Source of the DNA: Planctomycetota bacterium
Lineage (GTDB): Bacteria > Planctomycetota > JAJSAM01 > JAJVHW01
Length of the DNA stretch: 64,000 nucleotides
Direction: 5' to 3'
Assembly: GCA_965248445.1 (NCBI GenBank)
Contig: CBDFJG010000002.1
Coordinates: 256,001 to 320,000 of the forward strand
The notes under the pieces were generated by a model that saw only the letters and a list, made by a program, of their open reading frames with translations, was not told the DNA's origin and ran no database searches. Positions 20,542 to 32,000 of this stretch are shown here, piece after piece; the first letter of the stretch is position 1, and every line of letters begins with the position of its first letter. Position numbers and translations under genes: made by a program.

Positions 20542-22842
20542 GTGAACAGAGCGATTCGGATCATCACGCTCGGGCTGCTGCTCTCGATGGCAGCCTCCGG
20601 TGTTGATTCGGCGCGGGCCGGCGTCGAGGGCGAAGTCCGCAGCAAGGACAAGGTTCTCGGCACCATCCTCCCGGCCACCGAGATCGAGCGCTGGACGATT
20701 CAGTGCCCGAAGGACAGCAAGCTCAAGATCGTCCTGAAGGGACCCAAGAAGAAGACCGGCGGGGCGGTGTCGTTCCGGCTGATCGACACCAACGACGAAG
20801 AACTCGTCGGCCTCCCGATCATCCCGAAGAGAACCGGTGCCGTGCTCAAGGACTTCATCTGCCCCGAGTCCGGCCCGTACACCGTCGAGGTGTTCGCACC
20901 GGACGAACTGACCGGTGGCGACTACTCACTGAAGTTGATCTGCAAGGCGCCGCGCAGGCTGACGTTCACCGAGACGCTCGACGGTACCGAGAAGACGTAC
21001 GCGTTCTTCGCGTCACTCGTCACCAAGGCGAAGGCGAAGATCACGGTCGACAAGGGCTCGCTCGCGGACCCGCGCATCGTGCGCATGCTCGGCCCGGAGG
21101 GCTTCGACGTGCCCGTCGAGGGTTCCGCAAAGGCCGTCGCCAGTCCCAAGATCGATCTCACGAAGACGGGCGACTACGGCCTGAAGTTCGACGGCGACGG
21201 CGGTGCGGTGACCGGTTCACTGAAGTTGAAGCCGCAGAAGTCGGTCTCGCGCATCGTCGACGTGCGGTCCGGCACGATCGACCCCGGCGGAGCCGGTGGG
21301 GAGGACGGTGTCGCGGGAGTGATCGGTCCAGACGGCGGCATGGTCATCGCGCCCGAGGGCGAGTCGCCGGTCGGGATCGAGGGCGCCGCGATCGACGTCC
21401 CGGCAGGTGCGCTCGAAGGCGCCGTCGCGATCGTCATCGCAACGGCGCCGCCGATCGGGCCGCAGAACGAGACCGAGGACCCCGTCGGGAACACCGTGTT
21501 CTACGGTCCCGAGGGACTCGAGTTCGCCGAGGACGCAACGCTCACACTGCCGTTCGATCCGTCGCTCGTCGAGACCGAGGAAGACGTGATGATCTACACG
21601 CAGGACGCGCAGGGGAACGTCACGTTGATGGACCCCAGCACGTACGTCGTGGATCTGCTGGCCGGCCTCGTCACGGTGACGACGTCGCACTTCAGCACGT
21701 TCCGTGTCTTCGCCGAGCGCGGCCCCATCGAGGTGGCGTCGCTCAGCGAGACGATCACAGATGCCCGCGCAATCGGCGGCGTAGCGACGTTCGGGACGAT
21801 CGGTGACGGTCCGAGTCGGCAGGGTCTGTCGGACGGCAAGCAGTTCACGCTCGTCGTGCCGGTCGACGTACTCGTCGCCGACGGAGAGGTGGTCAAGCGG
21901 ATCTCCCACTTGGAGGGCCAGGGCACGATCGAGCAGGTCATCGCCGGTGGAGGCCAAAGCACGCAGACCGGCGGGCCGGCGACGGACTACGACTTCTCCG
22001 GCCCGATCACGGCCGTGCTCTCGAAGGGCGGTTTCGCGTCGTCCATACTCGTCGCGACGGAGACCCAGGTGTTCGTGCTCGAGCCCGACCAGAAGTCGGG
22101 GGAGCCGACGGTCGAGGGGCTCGCCGGCACCGGCGGGGTCGGCGACTCCGGCGACGGGGGGCACCCCACGCTGGCGCAGTTCACCAGCATCGCCGCGATC
22201 GCGTGCGACGCGACCGGACAGTTCCTCTACATCCTGGATCGCGGCGCCTCACGCATCCGCTGCGTCGACCTGGACGCCGAGATCATCTCGACGTCCACCG
22301 GCACGGGAACGTCCGGTCTCGCCATGGACGGGGATCCGCTCGGCAACTCCCCGCTCCAGGATCCGCGTGCGCTGGTCGCCGACCCGTGGACGCCGGGCGG
22401 GTTCTTCCTGGCCGATGGTGGGCGCATCCGTCACGTGAAGTTCGGGACCGTCCTCGACCCGACGGAGCAGAACCTGACCTACGCCGGTAGATCCGACGGC
22501 TCGACGGGCGCGTCTGGCGACGGTGGCCGCCGGCTCGACGCGAAGTTCCAATCCCTGCGCAGCATCGCCGTCGACTTCCTCGGTGACCGTCTCTTCGTGG
22601 CGGACGCGGTGGATCACACGGTTCGCGAGATCCGGACGCAGCCGGGCGGCCTGGTGCGCACGCTGTTCGGCACGTCGGGAACGCCCGGCAATGACGGTGA
22701 TCCGTTCATGTCGCCGGGCCACCTCGACACGCCGATCGGTGTGGCGCGGACGCTCGGCTCACTCGTGATCCTGGAGGAGGGTGGCGGGGTGCGCAACGCG
22801 CCGCTGCCCATTCCCGGCAACGGCGTCATCATCGATCGGTGA
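20542..22842 (+). CDS. Large secreted protein with ZU5-like domain and NHL repeats
   Basis: GGAGG RBS, signal peptide, YGPEGLEF...THFS-like ZU5 segment, GDGG...A.F NHL repeats. Confidence 0.7.
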   Translation: MNRAIRIITLGLLLSMAASGVDSARAGVEGEVRSKDKVLGTILPATEIERWTIQCPKDSKLKIVLKGPKKKTGGAVSFRLIDTNDEELVGLPIIPKRTGAVLKDFICPESGPYTVEVFAPDELTGGDYSLKLICKAPRRLTFTETLDGTEKTYAFFASLVTKAKAKITVDKGSLADPRIVRMLGPEGFDVPVEGSAKAVASPKIDLTKTGDYGLKFDGDGGAVTGSLKLKPQKSVSRIVDVRSGTIDPGGAGGEDGVAGVIGPDGGMVIAPEGESPVGIEGAAIDVPAGALEGAVAIVIATAPPIGPQNETEDPVGNTVFYGPEGLEFAEDATLTLPFDPSLVETEEDVMIYTQDAQGNVTLMDPSTYVVDLLAGLVTVTTSHFSTFRVFAERGPIEVASLSETITDARAIGGVATFGTIGDGPSRQGLSDGKQFTLVVPVDVLVADGEVVKRISHLEGQGTIEQVIAGGGQSTQTGGPATDYDFSGPITAVLSKGGFASSILVATETQVFVLEPDQKSGEPTVEGLAGTGGVGDSGDGGHPTLAQFTSIAAIACDATGQFLYILDRGASRIRCVDLDAEIISTSTGTGTSGLAMDGDPLGNSPLQDPRALVADPWTPGGFFLADGGRIRHVKFGTVLDPTEQNLTYAGRSDGSTGASGDGGRRLDAKFQSLRSIAVDFLGDRLFVADAVDHTVREIRTQPGGLVRTLFGTSGTPGNDGDPFMSPGHLDTPIGVARTLGSLVILEEGGGVRNAPLPIPGNGVIIDR

Positions 22843-22891
22843 CACCGCGCGCAGCGTCGGTCCGCATCGCGTTAGCGGATGAGCCAGAGAC

Positions 22892-25800
22892 TCAGTGGAA
22901 GTCGCGGCTGCGCGTGCGGTGTGGCCGTTCATTCAGCCGCGGCGTGAAGAAGCGCTCGGCGATCAGATGGACCACGTTCTGCTCGACCTGCAGGCGGCCG
23001 GCCACACCGACAAAGTTGGCGCTGCGTGCCAGGGTGGCGAAGCGGTCGAAGACCTGTTTCCAGACGACCAGATTCACGAAGCCGGTCTCGTCCTCCATCG
23101 TCATGAACGTGACGCCCGCCGCCGTGCCCGGGCGCTGGCGGCAGATCACGACGCCCGCGTAACGCACGCGTCGGCCGTCGCCGAGAGCAGCCACCTCGCG
23201 GGCGGACGGGAGCCCCTGCTCACGTAACACCTCGCGGAGCGGCGCGAGCGGGTGGCCCCGCGGGCTGTGGTTCGCCGCGCGGTAGTCCCACCCGATCGTC
23301 TCGAAGGCGTCGAGCGACTCGAATGCGGGGCTTCGTTCTCGCACCGTGATGGGCAGTTCCGGCCGTACGCGGGCGCGTAACCCGCGGACCTGCCAGAGTG
23401 CGTCGCGGCGGGAGACGCGGAACACCTCGAACGCTCCCGCCTCCGCCAACGCGGCGAGTTGCTTGGCGCCGATGCCGGAGCGGCGCACGAAGTCCTCGAG
23501 TGACGTGAAGGGTGCCATGTCCTGCGCCGCCTCGATCGCCTCCTGCTCACGGGCGCCGAGGGTCTTCACGTAGCGCAGTCCCATGCGCACGGCGAAGTGG
23601 TTCTCCTCGCACGGCTCGAGCGTGCAGTCCCACTCGCTCTTCCGCACGCACACGGGGTGGATCACGAGTCCGTGGCGCTTGGCGTCGTCGATGATCGTGG
23701 CCGGCTCGTAGAAGCCCATCGGTTGTGCGTTCAGGAGTGAGCACGTGAACTCGGGCAGGTAGTGGCAGCGCAGCCATGACGTCGCGTAGCTGATCAACGC
23801 GAAGCTCGCCGCGTGACTCTCGGGGAACCCGTACTCCCCGAAGCCCCGGATCTGCTCGAACACCCGCTCGGCGAACTCGATCTCGATCCCCTTCGTGACC
23901 ATGCGCGTGACCAGCCGGTCGCGGTGCTGTTCGATGCGTCCGGTCTTGCGCCACGCCGCCATGTCGCGGCGCAACTGGTCTGCCTCGCCGGGCGTGTAGT
24001 CGGCGGCCACGACCGCGAGGCGCATGACCTGTTCCTGGAAGATCGGGACGCCGAGCGTCTTCGCGAGTACCGGTTCGAGCACGCTGTGCGGGTAGACGAC
24101 CGTCTCCTCGCCGGCGCGGCGCCGCAGATACGGATGCACCATGCCGCCGGTGATCGGACCGGGACGCACGATGCTGACCTCGATGACGAGGTCGTAGAAG
24201 TTGCGGGGACGCAGACGGGGCAGCATCGCCATCTGCGCACGGCTCTCGATCTGGAACACACCGACGGTGTCCGCGCTGCAGATCATGTCGAACGTCGCCT
24301 CGTCGTCGGGGGGAATGGTCGCCATCGACAGTTCGCGTGCGCGGGACGCACGCAGCAGGTCGAAGCAGAGGTGCAGGTGCGTCAGCGCACCCAGACCGAG
24401 GAGATCGACCTTGAACAGACCGAGTGCCTCGACGTCCTCCTTGTCCCACTGGATGACCGTGCGGTTCGACATCGTGGCGTTCTCGATGGGCACCAGGTCG
24501 TGCACGGGTTCGTGTCCGAGCAGGAATCCGCCGGGGTGGATGGACAGGTGCCGGGGGAAGTCGAGGATCTCGTTGGCGAGCCGGAGCAGGTGCGCTTCTG
24601 CGGGCGGCAGGCGCATCTGGTTGCCCCCCTCCCCGGCATGCCCGTCCGTCGCGTTGGCACGCACGAGAGCACCGGCGTCCACGGTCTCGTAGCGCCCGAG
24701 TTGCCGCGCCATGCGGTCGAGCGCGGTCTCCGGCAGTCCGAGCGCCTTGCCGACATCGCGCACGGCGGAGCGCGGCCGATAGCGGATCAGGTTGGCGACC
24801 ATCGCAGCGTGCGTGCGGCCGTACTTCTCGTAGACGTGTTGGATCACCTCCTCGCGGCGGTCGTGCTCGATGTCGAGGTCGATGTCCGGCGGCTCGGCAC
24901 GCTCCATCGACAGGAAGCGCTCGAACAGGAGCCCCATGCGAACGGGGTCGACGGCCGTGATCCAGAGGCAGTAGCACACGGCGGAGTTGGCGGCCGAGCC
25001 GCGGCCCTGGCAGAGGATGTCCTGCTCGCGGCAGAAGCGGACGATCTCGTGCATCGTCAGGAAGTAGCCCGGGTAGTCGAGCGCATCGATGACGCCGAGT
25101 TCCTTCTCGAGTTGGTCGAGTACGTCAGGGGGCGGTTCGCCCGTGTAGCGCAGCCGTGCGCCGCGCAGGGTGAGTTCGCGCAGCCATTCGGATGACGAGG
25201 AACCGTCCGGCAGGCGTTCGGACGGATAGCGGTAACGCAGGTCGTCCATCGAGAACGTGCAGCGCGCGGCGATCTCCCGTGTGCGTTCGACGGTGTCGGG
25301 GGCATCACCGTAGAGCGAGCGGAACTCGGCCGGAGAGAGCAGGTGATGTTCTGCGTTCGGGCGCAGCAGCCGGCCGGCGGTCGTGAGCGTCTTGCCGTGC
25401 CGGATGCAGGTCAGGATGTCTTGCAGATCGCGTCGTGCGCGGGTGTGGTACAGCACGCGTGTGCCCGCAACGAGCGGCAGGCCGAAGTGTGCGGCGCGGG
25501 CGCGCAAGCGCGCTTCACACGCGGGATCGTCAGCGTGACGGTGGCGGGTCAGCAGGGCGAACAACTCCGAACCGAATGCGTCGGAGAGAGCGCCGGCGAC
25601 CCTTTCGTCGAAATCGTCGGCTGTGAGGAGCGCATGCCGTCCGCCCCACAACGCGAGCAGCCCTCCGGCGTGTGAGCACACCTCGTCCCACGTGACACGG
25701 CTCGCACCCTTGGCCGAGCGCAGACGCCCTGCCGTGAGCAGCCTGCAGAGGTGTGCGTAACCGGTGCGGTCCTCGGCGAGCAGCACCAGTTCGCTCGCGC

Positions 25801-26035
25801 TCTCGTCGTTCTCCCCGACAGTGACCGTCGCGCCGACGAGGAGGTGGATGCCGGCCTCTTTGGCCGCGACGTGCGCGCGCACGATCCCGTACACGCCGTC
25901 GCGATCCGCCACGGTGACGGCGCGCAGCCCTAGGTGCCGGGCTTCCTCGATCAGTTCAGCCGGGTCACTGGCGCCCTCGAGGAACGAGAAGTGCGTCTGG
26001 CACCAGAGCGCTGCGTGCGGCGACAGAGCGCTCAT
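22892..26035 (-). CDS. dnaE2: Error-prone DNA polymerase (ImuC)
   Basis: [12 protein letters not shown] domain, [33 protein letters not shown]-terminal SRDFH; start re-assigned to ATG 26035. Confidence 0.97.
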   Translation of the reverse strand: MSALSPHAALWCQTHFSFLEGASDPAELIEEARHLGLRAVTVADRDGVYGIVRAHVAAKEAGIHLLVGATVTVGENDESASELVLLAEDRTGYAHLCRLLTAGRLRSAKGASRVTWDEVCSHAGGLLALWGGRHALLTADDFDERVAGALSDAFGSELFALLTRHRHADDPACEARLRARAAHFGLPLVAGTRVLYHTRARRDLQDILTCIRHGKTLTTAGRLLRPNAEHHLLSPAEFRSLYGDAPDTVERTREIAARCTFSMDDLRYRYPSERLPDGSSSSEWLRELTLRGARLRYTGEPPPDVLDQLEKELGVIDALDYPGYFLTMHEIVRFCREQDILCQGRGSAANSAVCYCLWITAVDPVRMGLLFERFLSMERAEPPDIDLDIEHDRREEVIQHVYEKYGRTHAAMVANLIRYRPRSAVRDVGKALGLPETALDRMARQLGRYETVDAGALVRANATDGHAGEGGNQMRLPPAEAHLLRLANEILDFPRHLSIHPGGFLLGHEPVHDLVPIENATMSNRTVIQWDKEDVEALGLFKVDLLGLGALTHLHLCFDLLRASRARELSMATIPPDDEATFDMICSADTVGVFQIESRAQMAMLPRLRPRNFYDLVIEVSIVRPGPITGGMVHPYLRRRAGEETVVYPHSVLEPVLAKTLGVPIFQEQVMRLAVVAADYTPGEADQLRRDMAAWRKTGRIEQHRDRLVTRMVTKGIEIEFAERVFEQIRGFGEYGFPESHAASFALISYATSWLRCHYLPEFTCSLLNAQPMGFYEPATIIDDAKRHGLVIHPVCVRKSEWDCTLEPCEENHFAVRMGLRYVKTLGAREQEAIEAAQDMAPFTSLEDFVRRSGIGAKQLAALAEAGAFEVFRVSRRDALWQVRGLRARVRPELPITVRERSPAFESLDAFETIGWDYRAANHSPRGHPLAPLREVLREQGLPSAREVAALGDGRRVRYAGVVICRQRPGTAAGVTFMTMEDETGFVNLVVWKQVFDRFATLARSANFVGVAGRLQVEQNVVHLIAERFFTPRLNERPHRTRSRDFH

Positions 26036-26037
26036 CG

Positions 26038-27750
26038 TTACTCCACCGCCCCTTGCAGGAACCAGCGCCGCCGGTGCCGGTCGTGGAAGACCCACAGGAG
26101 GTCGCCGCGGGCGGTCTCGGTGAAGTGGTACGCGCGGTGCACCTCGGTGCGCGTGCCCACCACCGACGTCCCCGGGGCGGCCGCCCACCAGCCGCCGGAG
26201 AGCACGTAGGGACCGGTCTGCCGGCGCACCGGCCCGCATTGCAGTCCTGCGAGCAGCCAGCCGTCGGGATCGTGTCGCGAACGGGGCGCGAGTGGGAGGG
26301 GCCGCGTGAGCACGCGGCGGACGAGCGCCGCGGGGCGCGTGTCCGCGCGCACGGCGAGCCGCGGGTAGTGCATCTCCTCGAGCGGCTCCCACGAGAACGA
26401 GGCTTCCGGCAGGTGGCCGTCGCGAAGACGTGCGCGCACCACGGCGTGCGGACCCATCTCGGCACGCACCCGTGCCAGCGCGCGTGCAGCCGCCGCGAGA
26501 TCGCGCTTCGGGTTCTCGCGGAAGAGACGCAGTTGCTCGGGGCGCGCCGCCACTCCGCGCACGGTCAGCACGAGTTCGACCACACCCGCTCGTAAATCGC
26601 CGTTCCGTGCGACGGACTCGAGCCGCAACTTCACGAGTTCGAGAACCTGGCGCACGTCGAGGGTCGGGGCCGCCGGCTGCGCCTCGATCCGCACGGGTGC
26701 GCGGTCCTCCAGGTGGAAGCGCAGGAAGAGTGACGCGAGCGCCTGCCTACGTTCGGCGGTCTCGGCGAGGAGTCCCGGGAGGTCCCGTTCGATGACGGCG
26801 AGCAGCCGCTCGCGGCCGGTCTCGGGGAACTCGAACGGAACGCGGCAGACCGGCGGTTCGCGTGGAGCGACCGGCGTGAGCGGTTCGGTCAGCTCTCCGT
26901 TTGCGATCAGGAAGAGACGTTCCGCCTCCTTGCCGAAACGCCGCGCGAGCCCTTCCCGCGGCAGGTCGAGGAAATCCCCCACCCGCCGCACGCCCAGCCG
27001 GTCGAGCGCGTCCCGCAGATTCGGGTCGATCGCGAGCCGTGCGAGCGGCACCCGTCTTGCCGCCTCGCGCTCGTCGTCCGGTGTCGGGAAGAGGGCGACT
27101 CGCCGGCCGGGTTCCGCGGACGCTGCGGATGCTGCGAGCGCACGCGACAGCGCGTACGACCCGAAGCGCGAGACGCCCACCACGATCGACGCGATGAAGC
27201 CCTCCGCGGCGAGCATCCGCGCCAGCCGTTCGCCCCAGGCGAGCAACGTCGGGTGCAGACGGAGCAGGCCCGTTGCGTCGAGCCAGAACACGCCGGGTTC
27301 GCCGAGCCGCGCATCATCTTTCGCGGCTTCGACGTCCGGCGATGCACGGCGGAGCAGCCCGACGACCTCGGCCACACCCGCTGCGATCTCCTCTGCCGGC
27401 ACCTCGGTCGCGCGCAGCCCGGGGCAGAGCGACAGCGCCGCCGCGTACCGCTGCCCCGGCAGGACTCGCGCCCGCCGCGCCGCCTCGTTGGCCTGCACGA
27501 CCTTGCCGCGCGGATGGTCCCGGTCCACCACGACCGCCGGCCCCTCGCGCACCGCGGGCTCCCGCCGCGCGAAGAGTTGGAGCGCGAAGGCAGGCAGGTG
27601 CACGCACGCGATCTGCCCGCGCGGCCGTGCATCGCTCCCTTTGGTGTCCGTAGGCGAGCGGCGCGCGGCACCCCTCGCCTCGGTCTGTACCGGCGCCACC
27701 CCCGTTAGGGGCCGCGTGTTGCCACCTGCTCGCCGTCTCCGTCCACGCAC
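26038..27750 (-). CDS. imuB: Inactive Y-family polymerase ImuB (start uncertain)
   Basis: IACVHLP, QLRLF clamp motif, [23 protein letters not shown]; directly upstream of dnaE2. Confidence 0.9.
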   Translation of the reverse strand: MRGRRRRAGGNTRPLTGVAPVQTEARGAARRSPTDTKGSDARPRGQIACVHLPAFALQLFARREPAVREGPAVVVDRDHPRGKVVQANEAARRARVLPGQRYAAALSLCPGLRATEVPAEEIAAGVAEVVGLLRRASPDVEAAKDDARLGEPGVFWLDATGLLRLHPTLLAWGERLARMLAAEGFIASIVVGVSRFGSYALSRALAASAASAEPGRRVALFPTPDDEREAARRVPLARLAIDPNLRDALDRLGVRRVGDFLDLPREGLARRFGKEAERLFLIANGELTEPLTPVAPREPPVCRVPFEFPETGRERLLAVIERDLPGLLAETAERRQALASLFLRFHLEDRAPVRIEAQPAAPTLDVRQVLELVKLRLESVARNGDLRAGVVELVLTVRGVAARPEQLRLFRENPKRDLAAAARALARVRAEMGPHAVVRARLRDGHLPEASFSWEPLEEMHYPRLAVRADTRPAALVRRVLTRPLPLAPRSRHDPDGWLLAGLQCGPVRRQTGPYVLSGGWWAAAPGTSVVGTRTEVHRAYHFTETARGDLLWVFHDRHRRRWFLQGAVE

Positions 27751-27768
27751 ATCCGACTCCGTCCCTGG

Positions 27769-27790
27769 TATACGGACATGCGTCTGTATA
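27769..27790. promoter_or_regulatory. Putative LexA operator upstream of imuB
   Basis: TATACGGAC-ATGC-GTCTGTATA (9-4-9 palindrome, 1 mismatch); matches the palindrome upstream of lexA. Confidence 0.7.
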
Positions 27791-27881
27791 GCATGGCGGG
27801 GACAGGGATGTCGCGGAGAGATCTGCGCCAGCCCCGATTACCGGGGCCGGCGCGTCAAGGCAGAGCTGGCAGAGCCTGCGA

Positions 27882-28361
27882 CTAATAGTCGCTGCAGTGT
27901 TTCGACCAGTCGGTCGTCGGTGTCGGGAAGTCGACCAGGATGACCTGGAGATCCGTGCCGTCCGGGTAACCGAGTCTCTCATCGTACAGAGCGCACATGT
28001 CGCTGACGGTGAACCCGGCCGTGCTCTGGCCCGCCCACAGATAGTAGGTCTGTGAGGGATCTAATGTCGGCGCAACACCGTTACCCCAGATCCAGTACTC
28101 GGTGCTCGGGCCGTTGAACTCAGTGCGGTGCATGAGGAACGCCGCCTCGAGGATGTTCGACGAACCGGCGATGCGGTACACCTCGACGACGTCGTCGGTG
28201 ACGCCGCCCATGTACATCACGGGTGGGTATTGCTCGACGGCGTACGCATCCGGGGATTGCGTATCCGACTGTTGCGCCGTCGTGCACGCGGTGATCAGCA
28301 GTGCTCCGGCCACGAACGCGACGGCTGTTGCGCGACGTATCGCGCGTGAGATGATGGACAT
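27882..28361 (-). CDS. Hypothetical lipoprotein (paralog B)
   Basis: GGGAGGG RBS, ATG 28361, lipobox LITAC; homologous to 28453..28941. Confidence 0.75.
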   Translation of the reverse strand: MSIISRAIRRATAVAFVAGALLITACTTAQQSDTQSPDAYAVEQYPPVMYMGGVTDDVVEVYRIAGSSNILEAAFLMHRTEFNGPSTEYWIWGNGVAPTLDPSQTYYLWAGQSTAGFTVSDMCALYDERLGYPDGTDLQVILVDFPTPTTDWSKHCSDY

Positions 28362-28452
28362 ACAGCTTCCCTCCCAGTTGGCGCACAGTTTGCGCGCACG
28401 AGTCGTGCGCCGCACTCGCGGCGTACCTATGTCGCGGCCGGCGGGGACGGAG

Positions 28453-28941
28453 CTAGTCGCAGGAATCGGTCGACATGTACGTCGGCATGTAGCTGGAACG
28501 GTGCACCATCGCAGCCGATTTGCTCGGGTAGCCGAGCGACGACCAGTAGGCGTCACACATCATGTCGACGTTGTATCCACTCGTGGACTGGTTCGCGTTG
28601 AACCAGTCGTCGGCGTACAGCGGCAGAGGATACGACTCATCGGCGGCGACGATCCAGTGCTCGTCCGTCACGCCGTTTGAGTTGTTGTTGCGCTCCATCA
28701 GGAACACCGCCACGAGCTTGGGGGCTCCGCCCGCCATCCGGTAGACCTCGACGACGTCGTCGGTCACGCCGGACATTGGCGTCATCATCATCGCCTTGCT
28801 CTCGATGAGCACCGGTCTGACAGTTCTCTCTGTCGCCGACGTCGCCCGCCGCCCGGTCGCGCAGCACGCGGACAGAAGCAGAGCAAGCGACAGCAGCGCT
28901 GCGCCGGTGAGCGCGCGGAACATGCTGATTCGGTGTCGCAC
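28453..28941 (-). CDS. Hypothetical lipoprotein (paralog A)
   Basis: GGGAGG RBS, GTG 28941, lipobox LLSAC; shares GVTDDVVEVYR and QST.G..V..MC..Y...LGYP with paralog B. Confidence 0.75.
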   Translation of the reverse strand: MRHRISMFRALTGAALLSLALLLSACCATGRRATSATERTVRPVLIESKAMMMTPMSGVTDDVVEVYRMAGGAPKLVAVFLMERNNNSNGVTDEHWIVAADESYPLPLYADDWFNANQSTSGYNVDMMCDAYWSSLGYPSKSAAMVHRSSYMPTYMSTDSCD

Positions 28942-29000
28942 GTGGAGGCCCTCCCACGCGCACGCTACGCACTCGAGCCGTACCGATGCAAGCGGTACTC

Positions 29001-32000
29001 CTAGCCGAGCCCGTTGAGCACTTCCTCGATGCTCATCGCGTCCACGCGGTGCCTCACTGCAACGGGTCCCGCGGCTTCGAGAGTCTCACGTGCGAGCTGG
29101 CGCCACTCGGCGGCGTGTGACGGGAATCCCTGTGCGAGGATGCCGAGCGCTTCGAAACGCACAGCCGGACTGTCCACCTCCGGGTCCAATAGCCGCTCGA
29201 CCAGCCGCTGCGCTGCCTCGGAATCGCGATCCGCCGCGCTCACCGTGACCCTGCGCAGGGCGTCGGCTATGAGCGCCTCGTCCTTGAGGTTCGACGCGTT
29301 CGACAACGAGTGCGCGCGAACGGCGAGTTCGCGTGCGCGGCGCAGCGTCCCTGCCCGCCACGCGATGCACGCCTCGCCCAGGACGACGTGCGCTTCGAGG
29401 CGCCGTTGCCCCATGGTGTCGAGCGCGGCCAGCAGTTCGTCGTCGGTCTTCGTCGTTGCCCGCGTGCGGAGCGCGATACGCCGTAGAAGCGCCTCCGCGA
29501 TCGCTTCGTAGAGCGCGTGACGGACGGACGCGGACAGCTCGCGTGCCGACGTCGCGTGCTCGGCGGCGCGTTCGATCCGGTCCGTGTCGATCAGCGCTTC
29601 GGATAGGCGCATATGCGACGCGATCCGCGCGGAAGTACGCGACGTGCTTGCGAGCGCGCGTTCGTAGAATGCAATACTCGTCTCGGGATCGCCCCGCTTC
29701 TCCGCGAGCGCCGCGCGCCACGACGCGATCGACGCGCCCGGGGTGTCGTCGTCGATCCGCGCGGCCCACTCCTCGGCGAGAGAGATCACACGCTCTTCCT
29801 CCTCGATCCCGATCCCGCGCGCCGCGCGCAGGAGGAGCGCGTGGCGCCACTGCTCGAGCCGCACGTCGTCGACCTCCGCGAGCGCGTCGAGCTCGCCCAG
29901 CGCTGCGCTCATTTCGCCTGCGACGATTTTCCGTTGCGACTGCAGCAGGACGCGGAGGCCGTGGGTGAAGCTCTTGGGCAAACCCGAACGGTCGATCTCG
30001 TAGATCCCGCGCTCCGCGTCCTGCGGCGCACCGCCCGAGAGGCACATCGGCACCCAGATCGAGAGCAGGCGGCGCGTCTGCTCGGTGTCGCCGTGCTCAC
30101 GGGCGATCGACAGGCCGACCTCGAGCGCCACCAGCCCGTCGTGCTGCTTGCCGTCCACGTACGCGCGCTCGCCGACGCTCTCGGCCTCGGGAACGGCGCG
30201 GGGATCGTGGGCCGCGGCGAAGTGGCGCAAGCGTGCGAGCGCGCCGACGGGGATGTTCTCCGCGATCGCCCGATGTACGTCGTGGCGCTGCTCGCGCGTC
30301 CAGTGGGTGGGCACGGCGGCGCCGTACAGCGGCTGGACGCGGCCGTCGGCGAGCCGCCGCACGACTCCGGCCTCCTCCAGTTCCCGCACGCGCTCTTCGA
30401 CCAGCCAGCGTGGCTGAGACGTTGCCGCGGAGAGAACCGGGAGCGTTGCGTGCGGCCAGGCGAGGTTGGTGCACGCGAGGACGTCGTCCTCCGCTGCGGC
30501 GCGGGGCATCGACTCCGTCCCCGCCGCCGAGACGAGCCGTCCGCCGACGCCGAGTTGATCGAGCGCGGGGCGCGTGACGTGCACGCGGCCGCTCTCCCAG
30601 TGTGCGAGCCCCGCGCGGCACCACGCGCCGACCTCCTCGGCCACGCGGCGCGCGAGTCCGCCGGTCCGTTCCCAGAGCTCGTGAGCAGCGTCGTCCGGCA
30701 GGTGGAGGATCCGTCGCGGACCGGCGAACAGCGGCTCGAGATCCACGGCCGAGAACCGAGTCAGCTCGATCGTCACGTCCGCGTCGGCCTCCCCCACGAT
30801 GATCGCCGCGCCCGCGTCACGCACCTGATCGATCGCCTGGCGTGACCACCGATCCACCCGCTCGGGGCCGTCCACGAGCAGCACGGTGCCCGCCGACAGC
30901 CTTGCGCGGAGCGCGTCGGTCGCGAGCGCGTGCGCGTCCCGGGCGCTGTCGGCACACGAGATGACATTCGCGTCGATCACGTCGCGCAGTCCGGAGTACG
31001 GAGAGTTGCCCGGCGCCACCCACAGCACCGGCACGTCCGCCGCTCGCAACTCCGCCGCGACGTCGCGCAGCAGTCGCGTGCGGCCGGTGCCTGGGAGACC
31101 CTGCACGATGACTCGCTGTCCGGCCCGCACGGCGGCCAGCGTGTCGTCGAGCGGGGCGCTGGAACCGAGCCTGGGGAGCACGTCTTTCACGAACGCGGCG
31201 TCGGTCGCGAAGAAGCGACGGAGCACTTCGCCCGCGGTGCGCGGCCGATGCTCGCGGTCGGTGCTCAACATCGCATCGACAGCATCGGCGACGTGGATCG
31301 GAGCGTCCGGCGCCGCGTGCAGGAGCCGCGGTGCCGGTGCGCGCATCTTGATGCGGATGATGTCCATCCGGTTGGTGCTGGCGAACGGTGTCGCTCCGGT
31401 CAGCGCCGCGTAGAGCATCGTGCCGACCGCGTACAGGTCGGAGCGCGCGTCGGCCGGGTCGCCGCAGATCTGCTCCGGCGCGAGGTACTCCGGCGTGCCG
31501 AGCAGCGTTCCCGTCTGCGTGACCCGCTCGCCGAGTGCGGGGCCGTAGGAGATCCCGAAGTCGAGAATCGTGACGCGGCCATCTTCGCCGACCAGCACGT
31601 TCGACGGCTTGAGGTCGCGGTGCACGATGCCCGCCGCGTGGACGCGTGCCAGTGCCTCGAGCAGCGAGCGCGCCAGCGGCGCGAGCTGCTCCCACTTGAT
31701 GGGAGGTTCGACGCCCGGGAACTGCTCCCCCTCGAGCAGTTCCATGCCCAGGAACTTGCGCCCCTCCCACGTGCCGTGATCGATCAGCGAGACCACTCCG
31801 GGCAGCCGCAGGAGACGCAGCGCCGCGACCTCGCGGCGCACGCGGGCGGGCACCGCCATGGCGTTCTCGCGCAGGATCTTGACGGCGACGCGGTGGTCCG
31901 TGCCGATCACCGTTGCCTCGTACACGTTCCCGGCGCCGCCGGATCCGAGGGGGGGTCCGAGTTGGTAGCGGCCGGCCACGACCGACGCGAACTCGGCCGC

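Noticed and set aside
22892..26392. 1166-aa DnaE2 with a long N-terminal extension
   Set aside because: The extension overlaps imuB; the PHP domain starts just after ATG 26035.
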